A stretch of DNA of 64,000 bases, taken from Octopus sinensis (taxonomy: Eukaryota). The first letter of the stretch is position 1. The number at the start of each line of letters is the position of its first letter. Below, piece by piece: positions 13,011 to 25,775 of the stretch. Made by a program: the position numbers and the translations under genes. A model generated the notes under the pieces. That model saw nothing but the letters and a program-made list of their open reading frames with translations. It had not been told where the DNA came from and did not search any database. Where the stretch lies: positions 95,108,001 to 95,172,000 of the forward strand of contig NC_042997.1 in NCBI RefSeq assembly GCF_006345805.1, given 5' to 3'.

Positions 13011-16000
13011 TTAGGACATTCCTTATAGGTAAACAAATGTACGTTTTATTGTATTAAATTTATTTAATATTTTTTATATGCCGACTTGCCTAACATGTGT
13101 ATGTGTGCATGCGTGTTTGTGTGTGTATATATGTGTGCTGCGAGCGTGTGTGTATGTGTGTATGAAGAAGTTGACAAATATGTTATCTGGTTGTTTGCTA
13201 CTGTTAATTATTGTTTCATTAAGAGGGTTTATTTTAACGTAAGCATGCTATGCAGTATTCTCATTGTGAATAATATTACGTAATGCGTTACATAGCTCTC
13301 AGGTCAACGGGCTTACCAAATAAACAAACCCGCAGTGACTTGTTGAATATTCAACATATAATAAATTGAAATTTATAATGTAATATGGTCGGACGCCAAA
13401 CTATCAATGACGACCATGTTAAACAGGATGGGCTTATAAATTAAATCATACTCAAAAGGCATTTCTATTTGAGAGATGTTATTAAACTTAGCAACGTCGC
13501 TCATAAAGGCTGACATGGTTATGGCAGTAACTATATTAGTAATAGAAGGGAAAAAATTATTCCCTTGGATATGACTCGGTCCCTTGTGAGCCCTGTTGCG
13601 TCAAATCAACACATACACATATACACGCACGTGACATATATATAGACTTAGATATATGAACGTATACACGAAATAAAATGATTTAATTATATTTCTTGTA
13701 CTCTGAATTTCATTTCTCTTTAATTCAAGTATTCCAAGTTAGAATTAATACTTTGTATATATCTGGAAGGAATATGTGTTAACATCTGAATGATAATTTT
13801 ATATCATGTATAATAGTTTCCATAATGTAAAGCTTTGTATAATGTGATATTTTATTATTTTAATTTATAGTAGCTACACGATCTGTAGTTTTATTTTAAT
13901 TTGATATGGTCAAATTGATGAATATTAAGTAATTATAATAATTGGTTACAATATCAACGTTCCAATTAAAGAGATTATGTTCCAATTGGATCTTTTGAAA
14001 CGCGTTTATCATTTACATGTTTCGTGTTGCATGTATCTACATGGAGAAGACATTTAACATTCAATACACAAAGTGGGTATGTTTGAATTATTTCAATGAC
14101 CACCGACCTATTAACTGAATCTTGTAAAAGTTAAGTTGAATGAGAGTTTATGAACTTTAGGAATTCTAATGATGACATCTTTATTATATTTCATATTTCA
14201 CGTAATTTTACTGAAATTAAAATTTCTGCGTGTTAAGATATTAGACATATCTAATACTTCTAGCGAATTCATAAATTTTATATACTCCCAGTTTGATAAT
14301 CTTTATAATATTTCGGATGTTTAATGAATTGAACACCTCGTATTAAATAGTAGATCATATGCTAAATGTGTTTATAAAGGTTATGTACAACAAAATTGGA
14401 CCAAGTGAATTCATAACTGAGAAGGAATAGAATAAAATAATCCTCAAAACTGATTGTTCCCATCAATGCATGCTACAAATTAATCTATAACCAACAATAT
14501 CTGTCTGTTATTCATTGCATTTTTGCATTCAAGTATAAGCTAGTAGCATCGTCAAGTTATGCCGTATTATGTAGTTGGAAACCAAAGTATTTTCTATAGA
14601 TAAGACACGTCGTAAAAAACAGTTACATGATGCATATCGTTCTTTCGGAAAAAATCGACTGTATTGCATAGGAAGATGTTACCTAGAAACGATCAATCTA
14701 TTCTAAGACATTGGAAGAAATTCGAATGCAAATATATATGGGCATGTAAACCCTGATATACATAAAAAAATTAAGATGGTCTTGATAAGAATTTCTTTGA
14801 TCACAGATTTGTTCGATCGAAGCTGTCATAAGGTCAAACAAGAATATCAAGTAATATGTTGGTAAAATTTTGCGATATAATATATTCAATTATGCGAGCT
14901 TTAGTTAAATTTGAAGCCAGGTGTATATCATTATTCGTCTTCTGGGTTTTCCTTAAATAATGTGAACGCATATCACAAGGGAATAAGATTTTATTCTAAT
15001 TATAGTAAGTATAGTGAAAGTGAGGTTCTGTGACTACTCTTTGTGTTGTTAGACTCCAACAAAACAATTCTTCATTAAAAATGGTGAAAAGTAAGAAATA
15101 ATAGAAAATCTTTGTTATTTTCTTATTTTTCTTATCGAGAGGGAATAATCAGTTTAGCGGTATATATCACAGAATATCAGGTATGATTTACGTTGCTCCC
15201 GCGTTGTTGAACGCGTATATCTCTTCCGCGTTATAATAAAATTTGCATAGATACTTAAATCTCGAAATATATCCTCAAGAAATAAAACTCTCATCCTTAA
15301 AACCCACGCACAATTTACAATTTACATGAGAATTGAGATGTTTTCTCATTTATATTGTTTCTAATGTTAACGGTAAGATTTAAATACATTGCATTGACCA
15401 ACAATCCAGATCAGCAGCTTGCATTGTCAACTTTTTCATCGGAATTCCTCTAAATTCCGTTCAAAATGTCATATTTCAGAAAATATTTTATTATTCTATT
15501 TAATTATCATTAGATATTCTGAAAAAAACGTTTTAATAACTTCATTATTTTGGTATCAATTTACAAACACGAGAAATATGAACTCATATTCACCAGATTA
15601 ATGTTCAATATCCTTCATAGGTGTTACGGCTGCAACACTTCATATTGAATATCCACAATGTTTCAATAATACATGAGATTATGTGTTCCATGATCCAATT
15701 ATGTTATGATTTCGCATGTAATAACTTGATTATGCTGTTTTCAAATAAAACGGAGAATGCTAACGAAAATGCCATGATTCAAAACAAAAATGTTATATAT
15801 GTTCCTACCACTTGCATCCATGCTCGTTTTCTGTTTTATTGAAAGCGTGCATTTGTAAATATATTTCCAAATATTTCTAAATATATTTCTAAATATTTCA
15901 AGTGCTCATTAAAAAAGTAATAAACCTTATAAAAATCAAATTTACAACAAACTTGTCCAAAACTGATTCCCCATTAATTTACACAGTAGATTCACACGTA

Positions 16001-16740
16001 AATGAAAGCTCAAAATTTTAAAACACTCTCCCTAACTGTCTACTTCTGCATCACTTTCATTCACTCTCTGGCTTTCTCTTCTCCTTTTCTCTCTCGCTTT
16101 CACCTACTTTCGTCCCTTCTCTCGGTGCGAAAAATTCTACTACTAAAATACAATTGCCCCTTTTTTATTTACATACTTACGTATTTATGTAGATTGTGAC
16201 CAGTAAGTTTTTTTGTTAACAGTCTTATATAATGTGTTAATTTGTCTCAGGTTTCTTTTATAAAGCAGAATACTGTTTCTTTCTTTGTGCATTTACAAAG
16301 TAAATGACATCGTTGTTGTCAGAAAAGAATAAAATTGTCCCCATTAAAATAAATATATGGATGTTAATTCATATCTTGAGCAATACAAAGGAGCATTTCT
16401 GTACATATTTGACAAAGCCATACTTCACTAGAAGCAAGATAAGTCAAATCAGTTGTCAGCTAAAAATGATCTATCAACAGAAATTTCATATAAATATGGT
16501 ATTCAAATAATAACATATAAATATGGTATTCAAATAATAACAAAAATAATTTACGAATCTGAGGAAACCTGCCAAGTGTTTTCAATTGTGTAGTATTATA
16601 ACTAAAACATTGTAATGGCTTTAGTTGTATAACCACATTGAATAAAGACCTTGGTTGAATGAAAATATATAGGAATAACGAGGAAACCAGTGCTGAAGCC
16701 ATCCACGTCATGAAGCCTACCAGTCCTGAAGCCATATACC

Positions 16741-16970
16741 ATGGCAGAGCTGGCAGAAACGTTAGAACGCCGGGCGAAATGCGTATCCGTATTTCGTCTG
16801 TCGTTACATTCTGAGTTCAAATTCCGCCGAGGTCGACTTTGCCTTTCATCCTTTCGGAGTCGATAAATTAAGTACCAGTTTCGCACTGGGGTCGATGTAA
16901 TCGACTTAATCCCTTTGTCTGTCTTTGTTTGTCCCCTCTACGTTTAGCCCCTTGTGGGTAGTAAAGAAAT
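16741..16970 (+). mobile_element. tRNA-derived SINE
   Basis: A-box tggcagaaacgttag, B-box gagttcaaattcc, and body gtcgataaattaagtaccagt..ggggtcgatgtaatcgact. The same family occurs at 22858, 55795 and 63205. Confidence 0.85.
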
Positions 16971-18235
16971 ACATATACCATGCATATTTCTGTAGTATCG
17001 TGTATATTTGTAGGAAGCTATTGGCAATCGGTAATGTTCATATCAGCATTTCAAGATAGAATAGTTAGCCTTGTATTCAAGATCATGTTAGTTTCAAAAC
17101 CCAATCTAAAACAAATTCATTTGGCTGATATATTTCCAATGCCTATAATTGTGGACCTTTATACAGATGATTAAATTTCGAAATGTTGATATATGATTCT
17201 ATCCAAAAGTCTGTGTAATTATTGATGAATTGATATCAAAAGTCTATAACACAACAAGCTAATTCAGGACTGGATATTACCTGAGATTATTTTGATTGTT
17301 TATTAATATTTACTGAGGAAATGACAAATGTTCTGAATATGCATTCCGGTATTTTACCAAGCTCGACACTCTTTAGTGTAATAATATAAAGTATAAGTCA
17401 AATACTACCTTCCATGCAGTTGACTTACATCCTCAACTAAAATGTGACTAAATCTAAAGTATATACAATTATAAGTATTTATATATTATTGTCTTCGTTA
17501 ACTGGAAGGAATAACAGAGCACCAACTTGTATTTCTTGTACAATACAAATCTACCGAACTTAGTAAAACAGTAATTTCATTTGTGTAAGATTTTCAGTAT
17601 CCATGACAGAAAAACTTGATCATGAAGAATGTATTTTAACTTCGCTCCCATTGCCATTATAAATTATAGAATTTCTTTTAAAGAAGATATGATCGTCGCT
17701 AAATTAAATCCCCGTTATTTAAATGCCTCTATAACTGAGAAAATATAAATGTATTGAACTTTTCTATCCTCGTCGTCGTCGTCCACCTCCTCCTCATCAT
17801 TCTTCACTCCCTCAGTTTAATCATCACCAGTATTGTTATTATTAACAATATTTTGTTTTATATGAGTCGTTCCAAGTCTCACTCATAGACGTCAAGTAAC
17901 AGCAAGGTGGACATTGTACTCATGAGTCTTATTCATAATTTGAAGATAATTTGGTCTTTTCATGTTAACAATTTTTTTCTTACTGTGTAAACACTAGCCG
18001 TGAGTACATGATTACTACAACTGAGGATGTCACTTAGCAAATCACAATATTGGGAATTTTGCCGTCTGTTAAGTCACAACAATGGTCTAAAACAGTGCTT
18101 TACGCCGTTTGCGTGAAGGTCTATTTAAGCCCGATGTTTGCAACACACTATTTTTAGGCTATTTCTAAGTGTCCACATATATCTCTAGCTTGGTTGGTAT
18201 TGAACTCAATACTCCGATGACAACAGGCGCAACCT

Positions 18236-18410
18236 TTATTATCATTACCCTGCGCGCGTAAGCGAAAGCAGGTTATTGTAGTCGCTTGTCTTTGTCTGTT
18301 TGTCTGCTTGTTTACAAAAATACTGGAAAACAGCAGAACGGATTTTCACCAAATTTGGCTAAGATACACATTGGGTGAGTGACTCCAGCTTATTAAAGTG
18401 GTTTGATTCT
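18236..18410 (+). mobile_element. DINE-1/HINE-like (Helentron-associated) short element
   Basis: ttatt..attaccctgcgcgcgtaagcgaaagcaggttat hairpin start, then a gtctgtttgtctg microsatellite and aacggattttcaccaaatttgg. Confidence 0.5.
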
Positions 18411-18710
18411 CTTTAAAACTTGTGACCGAATGAATCAAAATATTCTATTTTTCGTTCCATGAGCATAAATGATAAGCAAGGGAAATAACACTTAATGTCA
18501 TTTTGTTGAAAGATGAATTCCTCTGCGGATATATTTACTAAATTAAATTTTATGTTAGCACTGTGTGTGCGCGGAGAGTACGTATGAAGAATAAGCACAC
18601 CAGATTCTTCGTTCAGAAAGACTTGTGTTAGAAAAAAGGAGAGAAAGACAGACGAAAGAAAGGAAATGTAAAGACTGAAAAAAGAAAAACAAACAAAATA
18701 AGGAGGGAAA

Positions 18711-18754
<44 letters not shown>

Positions 18755-18758
<4 letters not shown>

Positions 18759-18822
18759 AGAAGGCAACAAACCATCACTTTATATATATATATATAAAGT
18801 GATGGTTTGTTGCCATCTTAAA
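18755..18822. repeat. Fold-back inverted repeat around (TA)n
   Basis: tttaagaaggcaacaaaccatcacttt-(TA)n-aaagtgatggtttgttgccatcttaaa, with one mismatch. Confidence 0.9.
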
Positions 18823-19149
18823 TTGGCAGTCCCAGGAAGGGGAAAATGCTACTGCTATTTAGCCCAAGTAAACACCGTTTCCAGTTGGCTACGTGACACA
18901 AGCATTCTGTGTCATTGTTTTCAAACAGGGAAGTTAAGCATTTCCACCCAGCAAAGCCAGGATCCAGAGACAAGTTTCACAGTCATTGCTCATCATCAGT
19001 CTGGAGTAGCTTGGCTTGCTCGCTGTCGATGCTTATTCACCTTTGATAACATATAGAATTTCAAGTGAAATAAATTCACGTATCCTCAAAATTTGAAATA
19101 TTGCATTTCTAAATCTCTCATAGAGATTTATACAGTAGCAGCACGATAA

Positions 19150-19880
19150 AGTGATCTTATGTTTTTTTCCTCTACAACATATGAATTAGAAAGGAAGGGG
19201 TGAAAAATCAGCGTTTCAACTCTCTGTGAGTGTATGTGTTTGTACGTAAAAAGGGGGCATGTGAATCTTTGTGTGTGTGAGTGTGTGTATGTGGGTGTAT
19301 GTGTGTTTGTGTGTGCGTATGTGTATGTGTGCGTGTGTAAGCAGTGGAAGTGAGATCATGAATGTTCAACGCTGCAAAGAAAAATCAAACAGCATTTCAA
19401 CTATGTCTGTGTATGTGTGTGTATGTGTGTGTATGTGTGTGCATGCACAAGGGAAGTACGTGAATGTATGTGAACATTGACAAGTTTATAAATGTGCTTT
19501 ACCATACATCTCTTCTACTCTAATGATACTCTTGTGTATTTCTCTGTCACAACATATGAATGAGAAAGGAAGGGACGATGAGAAACTTGATAGCAGGATG
19601 ATGGAAGTTCTATGAGGAAAAAAAATAATCAAACAGCGTTTCAACTCTGCGGGAGTATATATGCGTGTATATAAAAGGGAGTCATGTGAGTGATTGTGAG
19701 TGTGCCAATGTGTGTGTGTATGTGTGCGTGCGCGTGCACGTGTGTATGTGTGCGTGTATGTATGTGCAATGGAAATGGTATGATGAACATTCAACACTGA
19801 AAAAATATCAAACAGTGTTTCAACTCTGTGTGTGTGTGTTTGTATGTATAAGGGAAGTATGTGAATGTTTGTATCTGTGA
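19150..19880 (+). repeat. Diverged tandem duplication with four aatcaaacagcgtttcaactct-like subunits
   Basis: The motif recurs at ~19207, 19383, 19627 and 19805; acaacatatgaat(t/g)agaaaggaaggg recurs at ~19175 and ~19550. Confidence 0.6.
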
Positions 19881-20489
19881 TTATTATGTACCTTATATTG
19901 TACCTTATTTATACATAAATTACAACAATAAGCCCTCATTTTTGACGGCACGTAGCCAGCTATTATCTAATAATACTATACAGTAGTAAGTGCAGATCTA
20001 TAGTAGCTCATGTCAACGATGATAACGGCTACACTGTTGTCATGACTACAAATGTTGGCAGCAATGATAGAAACTATAGTGGTATTAGTACTAACTGCTG
20101 CTACAATGGTAAGTATGAAATAATTGTAGCAGTAATAATGAGGTGTTGGCTGTAGGGGCAGATGTAATAACCGTCTCTACACCTGCCAGAGATGTCTCAG
20201 TGTTAATTACTTTAATGTAGCACGGAAATTTCTTACGGAACATAAATGAAAACTAACTACAACAATGCACAAAATCATTTGTGCTATGGTTACTATAAAG
20301 CGCATCTCCCAGGAAAGAGCCAGCCTGGGGTCGAAAAGTCATCCACTGGCACAAACTCTACTCTAGATACGAAGCTCGATGGTGACTTAAACGGGAACTG
20401 CCCCAACTCAAGCCCTGCAGGTTCATGACCACTGCAACCACAGAAATAAAAATGTAAGAGGATCAAATAGACTCAAGAAGTTGTATACG

Positions 20490-20490
<1 letters not shown>

Positions 20491-20542
<52 letters not shown>

Positions 20543-20840
20543 CATTGTTGTTGTTGTTGTTGTTGATTTAACACAGGATCAATCTTATTCCAGGTAGAAT
20601 TTATGCTGGTAGAGAGTTTCTACCACTATCTGTGAACCTTAGGTATTCACAATCTTTCAATAGTATTACAGGTTCTTAGAACACTCCTGATAATCTTTCC
20701 TGTCCCTAAGAGCAAAACGAGTTCCACAAAACTTTCTATTCCCGTCTCCTACAACTATTTGTGAATCGCTTTATTTACAGTTCCCAATGCATCATTTACT
20801 ACAGGCACATCCTTCAGTTTTCGTATTCAAATTCTTGTAC
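20491..20840 (-). mobile_element. R4/Dong-clade LINE 3' end followed by (CAA)n/(TAA)n
   Basis: Minus strand encodes VPVVNDALGTVNKAIHK..GIES..LLLGTGKIIRSVL (RLE C-terminus), then a short 3' UTR running into caa and taa repeats. Confidence 0.65.
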
Positions 20841-20875
20841 TTTCAAATTTTAAAGGAATATATATATATATATAA

Positions 20876-21389
20876 CGTAAAGTATACTAGCCATCTCAAT
20901 ATGGCTAACCACTAAGGGTGGGTGTTACTGTAGCTTTTAGCTCCAGGATATCATCATCTCCAGCTGGCTTTAGACACACTTTCAGTGCCCTTATGATATT
21001 TGCAAAGGGAGGTCATCCCTCTCTCGTAAACCTAAGTAAAACGGACGGACTGCAGTATCGAGGTAATTTGCCTCTTGTCAGCGTACGGTAATCACCGGTT
21101 TTCGATAAAGAGAGACCTGTTTGCGAATATCTATTTAATGTTTTTCCCAGTAACCACTGTCACTGGTTTTGAAAAACTCTCTCAAAGCAATAATAAATCT
21201 CTGATCGAGATGTAAACAGTAACCGCTCGACAACGTAAAGTATACTAGCCATCTCAATATGGCTAACCACTAAGGGGGGGGGTGTTACTGTAGCTTTTAG
21301 CCCCAGGAGATCATCGTCTCCAGCTGGCTTTAGACACTTTACGTTGTCGAGCGGTTACTGTTTACATCTCGCTCAGATATTTATTATTG

Positions 21390-21393
<4 letters not shown>
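20876..21393. repeat. Rearranged repeat: direct duplication (20876-20997 / 21233-21336) with inverted arms 21184-21240 and 21337-21393
   Basis: aacgtaaagtatactagccatctcaatatggctaaccac occurs twice, and a related segment lies inside the Helitron-like element at ~44540. aaagcaataataaat...gctcgacaacgtaaag is mirrored by ctttacgttgtcgagc...tattattgcttt. Confidence 0.75.
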
Positions 21394-21422
<29 letters not shown>

Positions 21423-21428
<6 letters not shown>

Positions 21429-22191
21429 AGCATGATCTGAAGCTGATCCGTGATGTCGAGCTGCTGACGGAGCTCGACATCAAAAGCTCTGCAGTAGCTC
21501 TCAAGATGAACCGCAAGAAAACAAAGTTCATACGGTCAGACAACGTACTATCAGGTCGAATGGTGATCGGCAGTGATGAAATAGAGGAGGTAAGGGAATA
21601 TGTCTACCTGGGATAGGAAGTGAATATGTGCCGAGATATCGAAAAGGAGATCTCACTGAGAGTAAGGACCGGATGGAAGGCGTTTAATGGCATAAGGGAT
21701 GTGCTCAAGGGAAGGTTGGACAGGGCCACCCGCGCCAACCTCATTAACAGTGCTGTTCTACCTGCAATGTTATATGGTAGTGAAACATGGGCTACAACAA
21801 AGAGAGAAGAACAGAGACTGGTAACGGCTCAAAGAGCCATGGAAAGGTCAAAACTTGGTATCTCGTTGAGAGAGCACATCAGTAGCGAGATCATCAGAAA
21901 GAAGTCCGGCGTGAGAGATGTCATCGCAGAGTATAAACGCAGCAAGTACAGATGGGCTGTACATTTCGCCCGGCTCACCGATAATCGGTGGACCCACGTA
22001 GTTGACGAGTGGTACCCGCGCGAGCGAAAAAAACCACTCGGAAGACCTCCACGACGGTGGAGTTACGATTTCAGGAGGACGATTGGGAACACGTGGATGA
22101 GAAAGGCGCGATCCAGAGAGGAGTGGACAGCGTGTTGTGACCAGCGGTGTCAAATGGACGCCTGACGGACTGGTCGGTCAAGGTGATCAAG

Positions 22192-22196
<5 letters not shown>
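21423..22196 (+). mobile_element. RTE-1-like LINE 3' fragment with (CAAGGTGAT)2 tail
   Basis: LKMNRKKTK..IEEVREYVYLG*E..DIEKEISLRVRTGWKAF..MLYGSETW..AQRAMER..KYRWAVH..GRPPRRW. There is an in-frame stop at 21614-21616 and a tandem 9-bp tail. Confidence 0.9.
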
Positions 22197-22223
<27 letters not shown>

Positions 22224-22227
<4 letters not shown>

Positions 22228-22365
22228 CTTGATCACCTTGACCGCCTTTCTCATCCACATGATCCCAATCGTCCTCCTGAAATCGTAACTCCACCGTCGT
22301 GGAGGTCTTCCGAGTAGTCTTTTCCGCTCGCGCGGGTACCACTCGTCAACTACGTGGGTCCACCG

Positions 22366-22370
<5 letters not shown>
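22224..22370 (-). mobile_element. Second short copy of the same RTE 3' end, tail-to-tail across a (TA)n tract
   Basis: Reverse complement of ~21981-22106 joined to the tail 22174-22196, with about 5 substitutions and an internal deletion. Confidence 0.9.
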
Positions 22371-22401
<31 letters not shown>

Positions 22402-22404
<3 letters not shown>

Positions 22405-22795
22405 CTTTCCATCCTCTTTCTTTACAATCTTTTGGATCTTTTATTGTTATGCCTGGCCTATTATTTTCTAGCTTTTTATCCGTCTGAATAGGAAAATTCC
22501 ATAAAACTCGTTGGAACTGATGATCGTACCATATATCTCCAGCTTCAAATCCCCATTCCTGATAACGTTTCCAGTGTGGCACATATTTCTCGAACTTTGT
22601 CGTTAGTACTCCGAGTGCCCCTACAATTTTCTGGGATAACAGACACCCTCCTCATAGTCAACCTTCTTGCAATTTCCGCTTTTCTTAATCTGTACTTATA
22701 AGTCTTTTCTAGTGCTTTGTCATTTATACGTGCATCGCAAGGTATTGCAATATCTATAATACTGGTTTCTCTTTTCCTTTTGTCTACCACATATT
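22402..22795 (-). mobile_element. R4/Dong-clade RLE domain fragments in permuted order
   Basis: VVDKRKRETSIIDIAIPCD..EK..KY..LRKAEIAR..VIP/IVGALGVLTTKFEKYV is followed by HWK..WYDH..VLWNFPIQTDKKLENNRPGI. Confidence 0.7.
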
Positions 22796-22857
22796 GTTAT
22801 TGTTCTTCTTGTTCAGGCCTCATACCTAGAGTAGAAAGGATTATTATTGTTACTGTT

Positions 22858-23070
22858 AAGGTGGCGATCTTGTAGAAGCGTTAGCACACCGGGTGAAGAA
22901 CTTAGCAGTATTTCGTCTTTCACTACGTTCTGAGTTTAAATTCTTCCGAAGTCGACTTGATCCTTTCGGGGTCGATAAATTAAATACCAGTTAAACATTG
23001 GGGTTGATGTAATCGACTATCCCCCGCCCTACCAAATTTCAGGCCTTGTGCCTATAGTAGAAATGATTAT
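22858..23070 (+). mobile_element. tRNA-derived SINE
   Basis: aaggtggcga..gttagcac..gttctgagtttaaattc..gtcgataaattaaataccagt; same family as 16741. Confidence 0.8.
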
Positions 23071-23177
23071 TATAATCAGTGTTACTGTTATTTTTGTTTT
23101 TGTTAGTTGTAGTAGCAGTTTTAGCAGCCACAGCGGCGCATGAAAAGCAGCATTGTACTTTATACTGTAACCATATT

Positions 23178-23283
23178 GTACTTGCTTCGGCAGTACATAT
23201 ACCAAAAATGGAACGATACAGTGAAGATTAGCATGGCCCTGCGCAAGGATGACACGCAAATTTGTGAAGCGTTCCATACTTTC
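23178..23283 (+). pseudogene. U6: U6 snRNA pseudogene (full length)
   Basis: gtacttgcttcggcagtacatatac...gaacgatacagtgaagattagcatggccctgcgcaaggatgacacgcaaatttgtgaagcgttccata matches U6. The ACAGAGA box is mutated to ACAGTGA, one C is lost from GGCCCCT, and the terminal T-run is broken. Confidence 0.9.
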
Positions 23284-23819
23284 TTAAAGGCGCTGCACCA
23301 GCATGACCACAGCTCATGAGCTGAAACTAGATGAAATGAAATAAGAAGCATAAAGATTAAGTAATTTATACTTTGAAATTTAGTAATGTTCTTAAAAAAT
23401 TCACATTGACAGGATTTTCAACTAAGAAAGAATATTATATTTTAAGAATACAACTTTATGTACATTGTAGTAATTTGGAGATGTTTTAACTGTTTTAGAA
23501 CCCTTAAAGACAAATTAACGCAATAGTAATGTGCCAAATGTTCCCAATGACCATTCATTTCTTTTCCTCTTTCATTCTATTAATTTTGTCATTCGGTATT
23601 CTTTTAGAGGACATATGGGAATCCAGTTTAACCATACTACTGATGTGCTAATTGTAAATTAAATCCTTTTTATAGTTTTCTTTAAAATCCTATACAATCG
23701 CATTGTCATTTGATATTTTCGCTGTTTCCTGCGGTTCTATTTATAAACCCAGCAGGCATATATGTCATTTTGACATTGCGCCTGTCTTACAGTTCTATAT
23801 TTAAGAGATGGGGTATTGT

Positions 23820-23965
23820 GTACATCATTTACATTTGACAGATATTTGTCCTAATCTTGTTTTCTGTTGACTCAACCTTTCGGCTGATACATTCTCCAGC
23901 CTTCATCAGGTGTCTTAGGGAAATTTCGAAAATGGGTTCTATACCCTAAGGTATTTTTCGATGTT
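23820..23965 (-). mobile_element. Penelope-type terminal repeat remnant carrying a minimal hammerhead (23869-23914)
   Basis: Minus strand: GACAC-CTGATGA-A-GGCTG-gagaatgtat-CAGCC-GAAA-GGTT-GAGTC. It is an inverted copy of 24285-24422. Confidence 0.7.
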
Positions 23966-23970
23966 GTTAA

Positions 23971-24138
23971 TCTTCTTCTTCTTCTTCTTCTTCTTCTTCT
24001 TCTTCTTTCTTCTTCTTCTTCTTCTTCTTCTTCTTCTTCTTCTTCTTCTCTTCTTCTTCTTCTTCTCATCCTCCTTCTACTTCTTCTTATTATTATTAAT
24101 ATTTAGGTCACTGACTAACATTAATAATAATAATGATG

Positions 24139-24226
<88 letters not shown>

Positions 24227-24245
24227 TAATATTAACAACAACAGC

Positions 24246-24277
<32 letters not shown>

Positions 24278-24280
24278 AAA
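23971..24280. repeat. Compound (TTC)n, (AAT)n and (AAC)n microsatellite block
   Basis: Direct inspection. It accounts for the poly-E/R/L/N/I ORFs. Confidence 0.95.
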
Positions 24281-24284
24281 CATC

Positions 24285-24422
24285 GAAAAATAACTTAGGA
24301 ATGAAAACCCAGGTTCGAAATTTCCACCAGACATTTGATGAAGGCTAGAGGGTATATCAGCCGAAACGGCGTGTTAACAACACACAAGATGAGGATAAAT
24401 ATCCGTCAAATGTAAATAATGT
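24285..24422 (+). mobile_element. Second, inverted copy of the hammerhead-bearing terminal repeat (degenerate motif at 24330-24375)
   Basis: GACAT-TTGATGA-A-GGCTA-gagggtatat-CAGCC-GAAA-CGGC-GTGTT; the flanks match the reverse complement of 23820-23965. Confidence 0.7.
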
Positions 24423-24635
24423 ATCATAATAGTCTTGTTACAGCTTTTTCACAGACACAGCTTTAGCATGTCCTTATGGTGGACAATTATCGCTGTACTT
24501 GTGTTAACACCCACCTCAGAGTCAATAACATTGTACCCAGGATTTCTTTAGATGGAATAAACATCATTTGGAACAAAAACAGGGCAACAGGGCGTGTAAC
24601 GCACACACACACTTATATGCATACATATACAAATA

Positions 24636-24688
<53 letters not shown>

Positions 24689-24690
<2 letters not shown>

Positions 24691-25739
24691 TAGCTGAAGG
24701 TGACCCGCTCTACGCGCGGGTAAGAGTGTGGTTGTTACTTTCTGTTGCTTCCTTTCAGCACGTAAACAGCACCATCCGAACGTGGCCGATTGCAGCGCCG
24801 CCTTGACTTGCTTCTGTGCCGGTGGCACGTAAAAAACACCAACCGATCGTTGCCGCAGCGAGACCCCTGGCACCTGTGCAGGCGGCACGAAAAAGCACCC
24901 ACTACAATCACAGAGTGGTTGGCGTTAGGAAGGTCACCCACTTGTAGAAACACTGCCAGATCAGACTGAAGCCTGGTGCAGCCTCCTGGCTTCCCAGACC
25001 CCGGTCACACTGTCCAACCCGTGCTAGCACGGAAAACGGACGTTAAACGATGATGATGCTGATGATTCTCCGTCTTTGTTTTCTTTCCTTTCTCTCTCAC
25101 TTTCCCACTCTCTTACTTTTGTTTTCTCTCGGACTCTCCCTCGCTTTCTCTTACACTCTATCTTTATCTATCTTTATCACATTTATAAACAACAGAAGAT
25201 CTTGAGTAAGTTGAGAAATAAAATATTTAGAAAGATCAATCATAAATATCAGGCAGCGGCAACGGAAAGGTCTGCTTCAAGGCAGACAGCAAAACGCTAA
25301 CAATTAAAAGGGACAGACGAACTTGCGAGCTGAATAAAAATAATAAAATATTGGAAACCAAAGTTTGAAGGGAGAGAATCTGAGGATAGTAGAGTCACCA
25401 TGGCTGGCATTTCTTAACGACGGACAGCAACGTATTGACAGTTCAACGGCTGGCGTAAAATTTTGAACTTGATGTAAAAGAAAATTCGTAAACACCAAGT
25501 TTTGAAGTGATACTTTCTCACGACAGTAGACTCACCATGGCAAGCATTCAAAACTTCTTTATCATGGACGGCAACACATTGACGATTTAAAGGCTGGCGC
25601 AAATTTTTTAGCTTGACGTAACAGAGAATTCCTGAATACCCGCTCCTTGAAATTTTAATCCCCTTCCAGCCCCATTTAGACCCCTTTTCACATTTTGGTT
25701 AATACAACCCGATTTCATTCGGGTCTACTGGGGCCACAC

Positions 25740-25775
<36 letters not shown>

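Noticed and set aside
20246-20428. 60-aa ORF followed by AATAAA
   Set aside because: Short with no homology recognised; compatible with chance.
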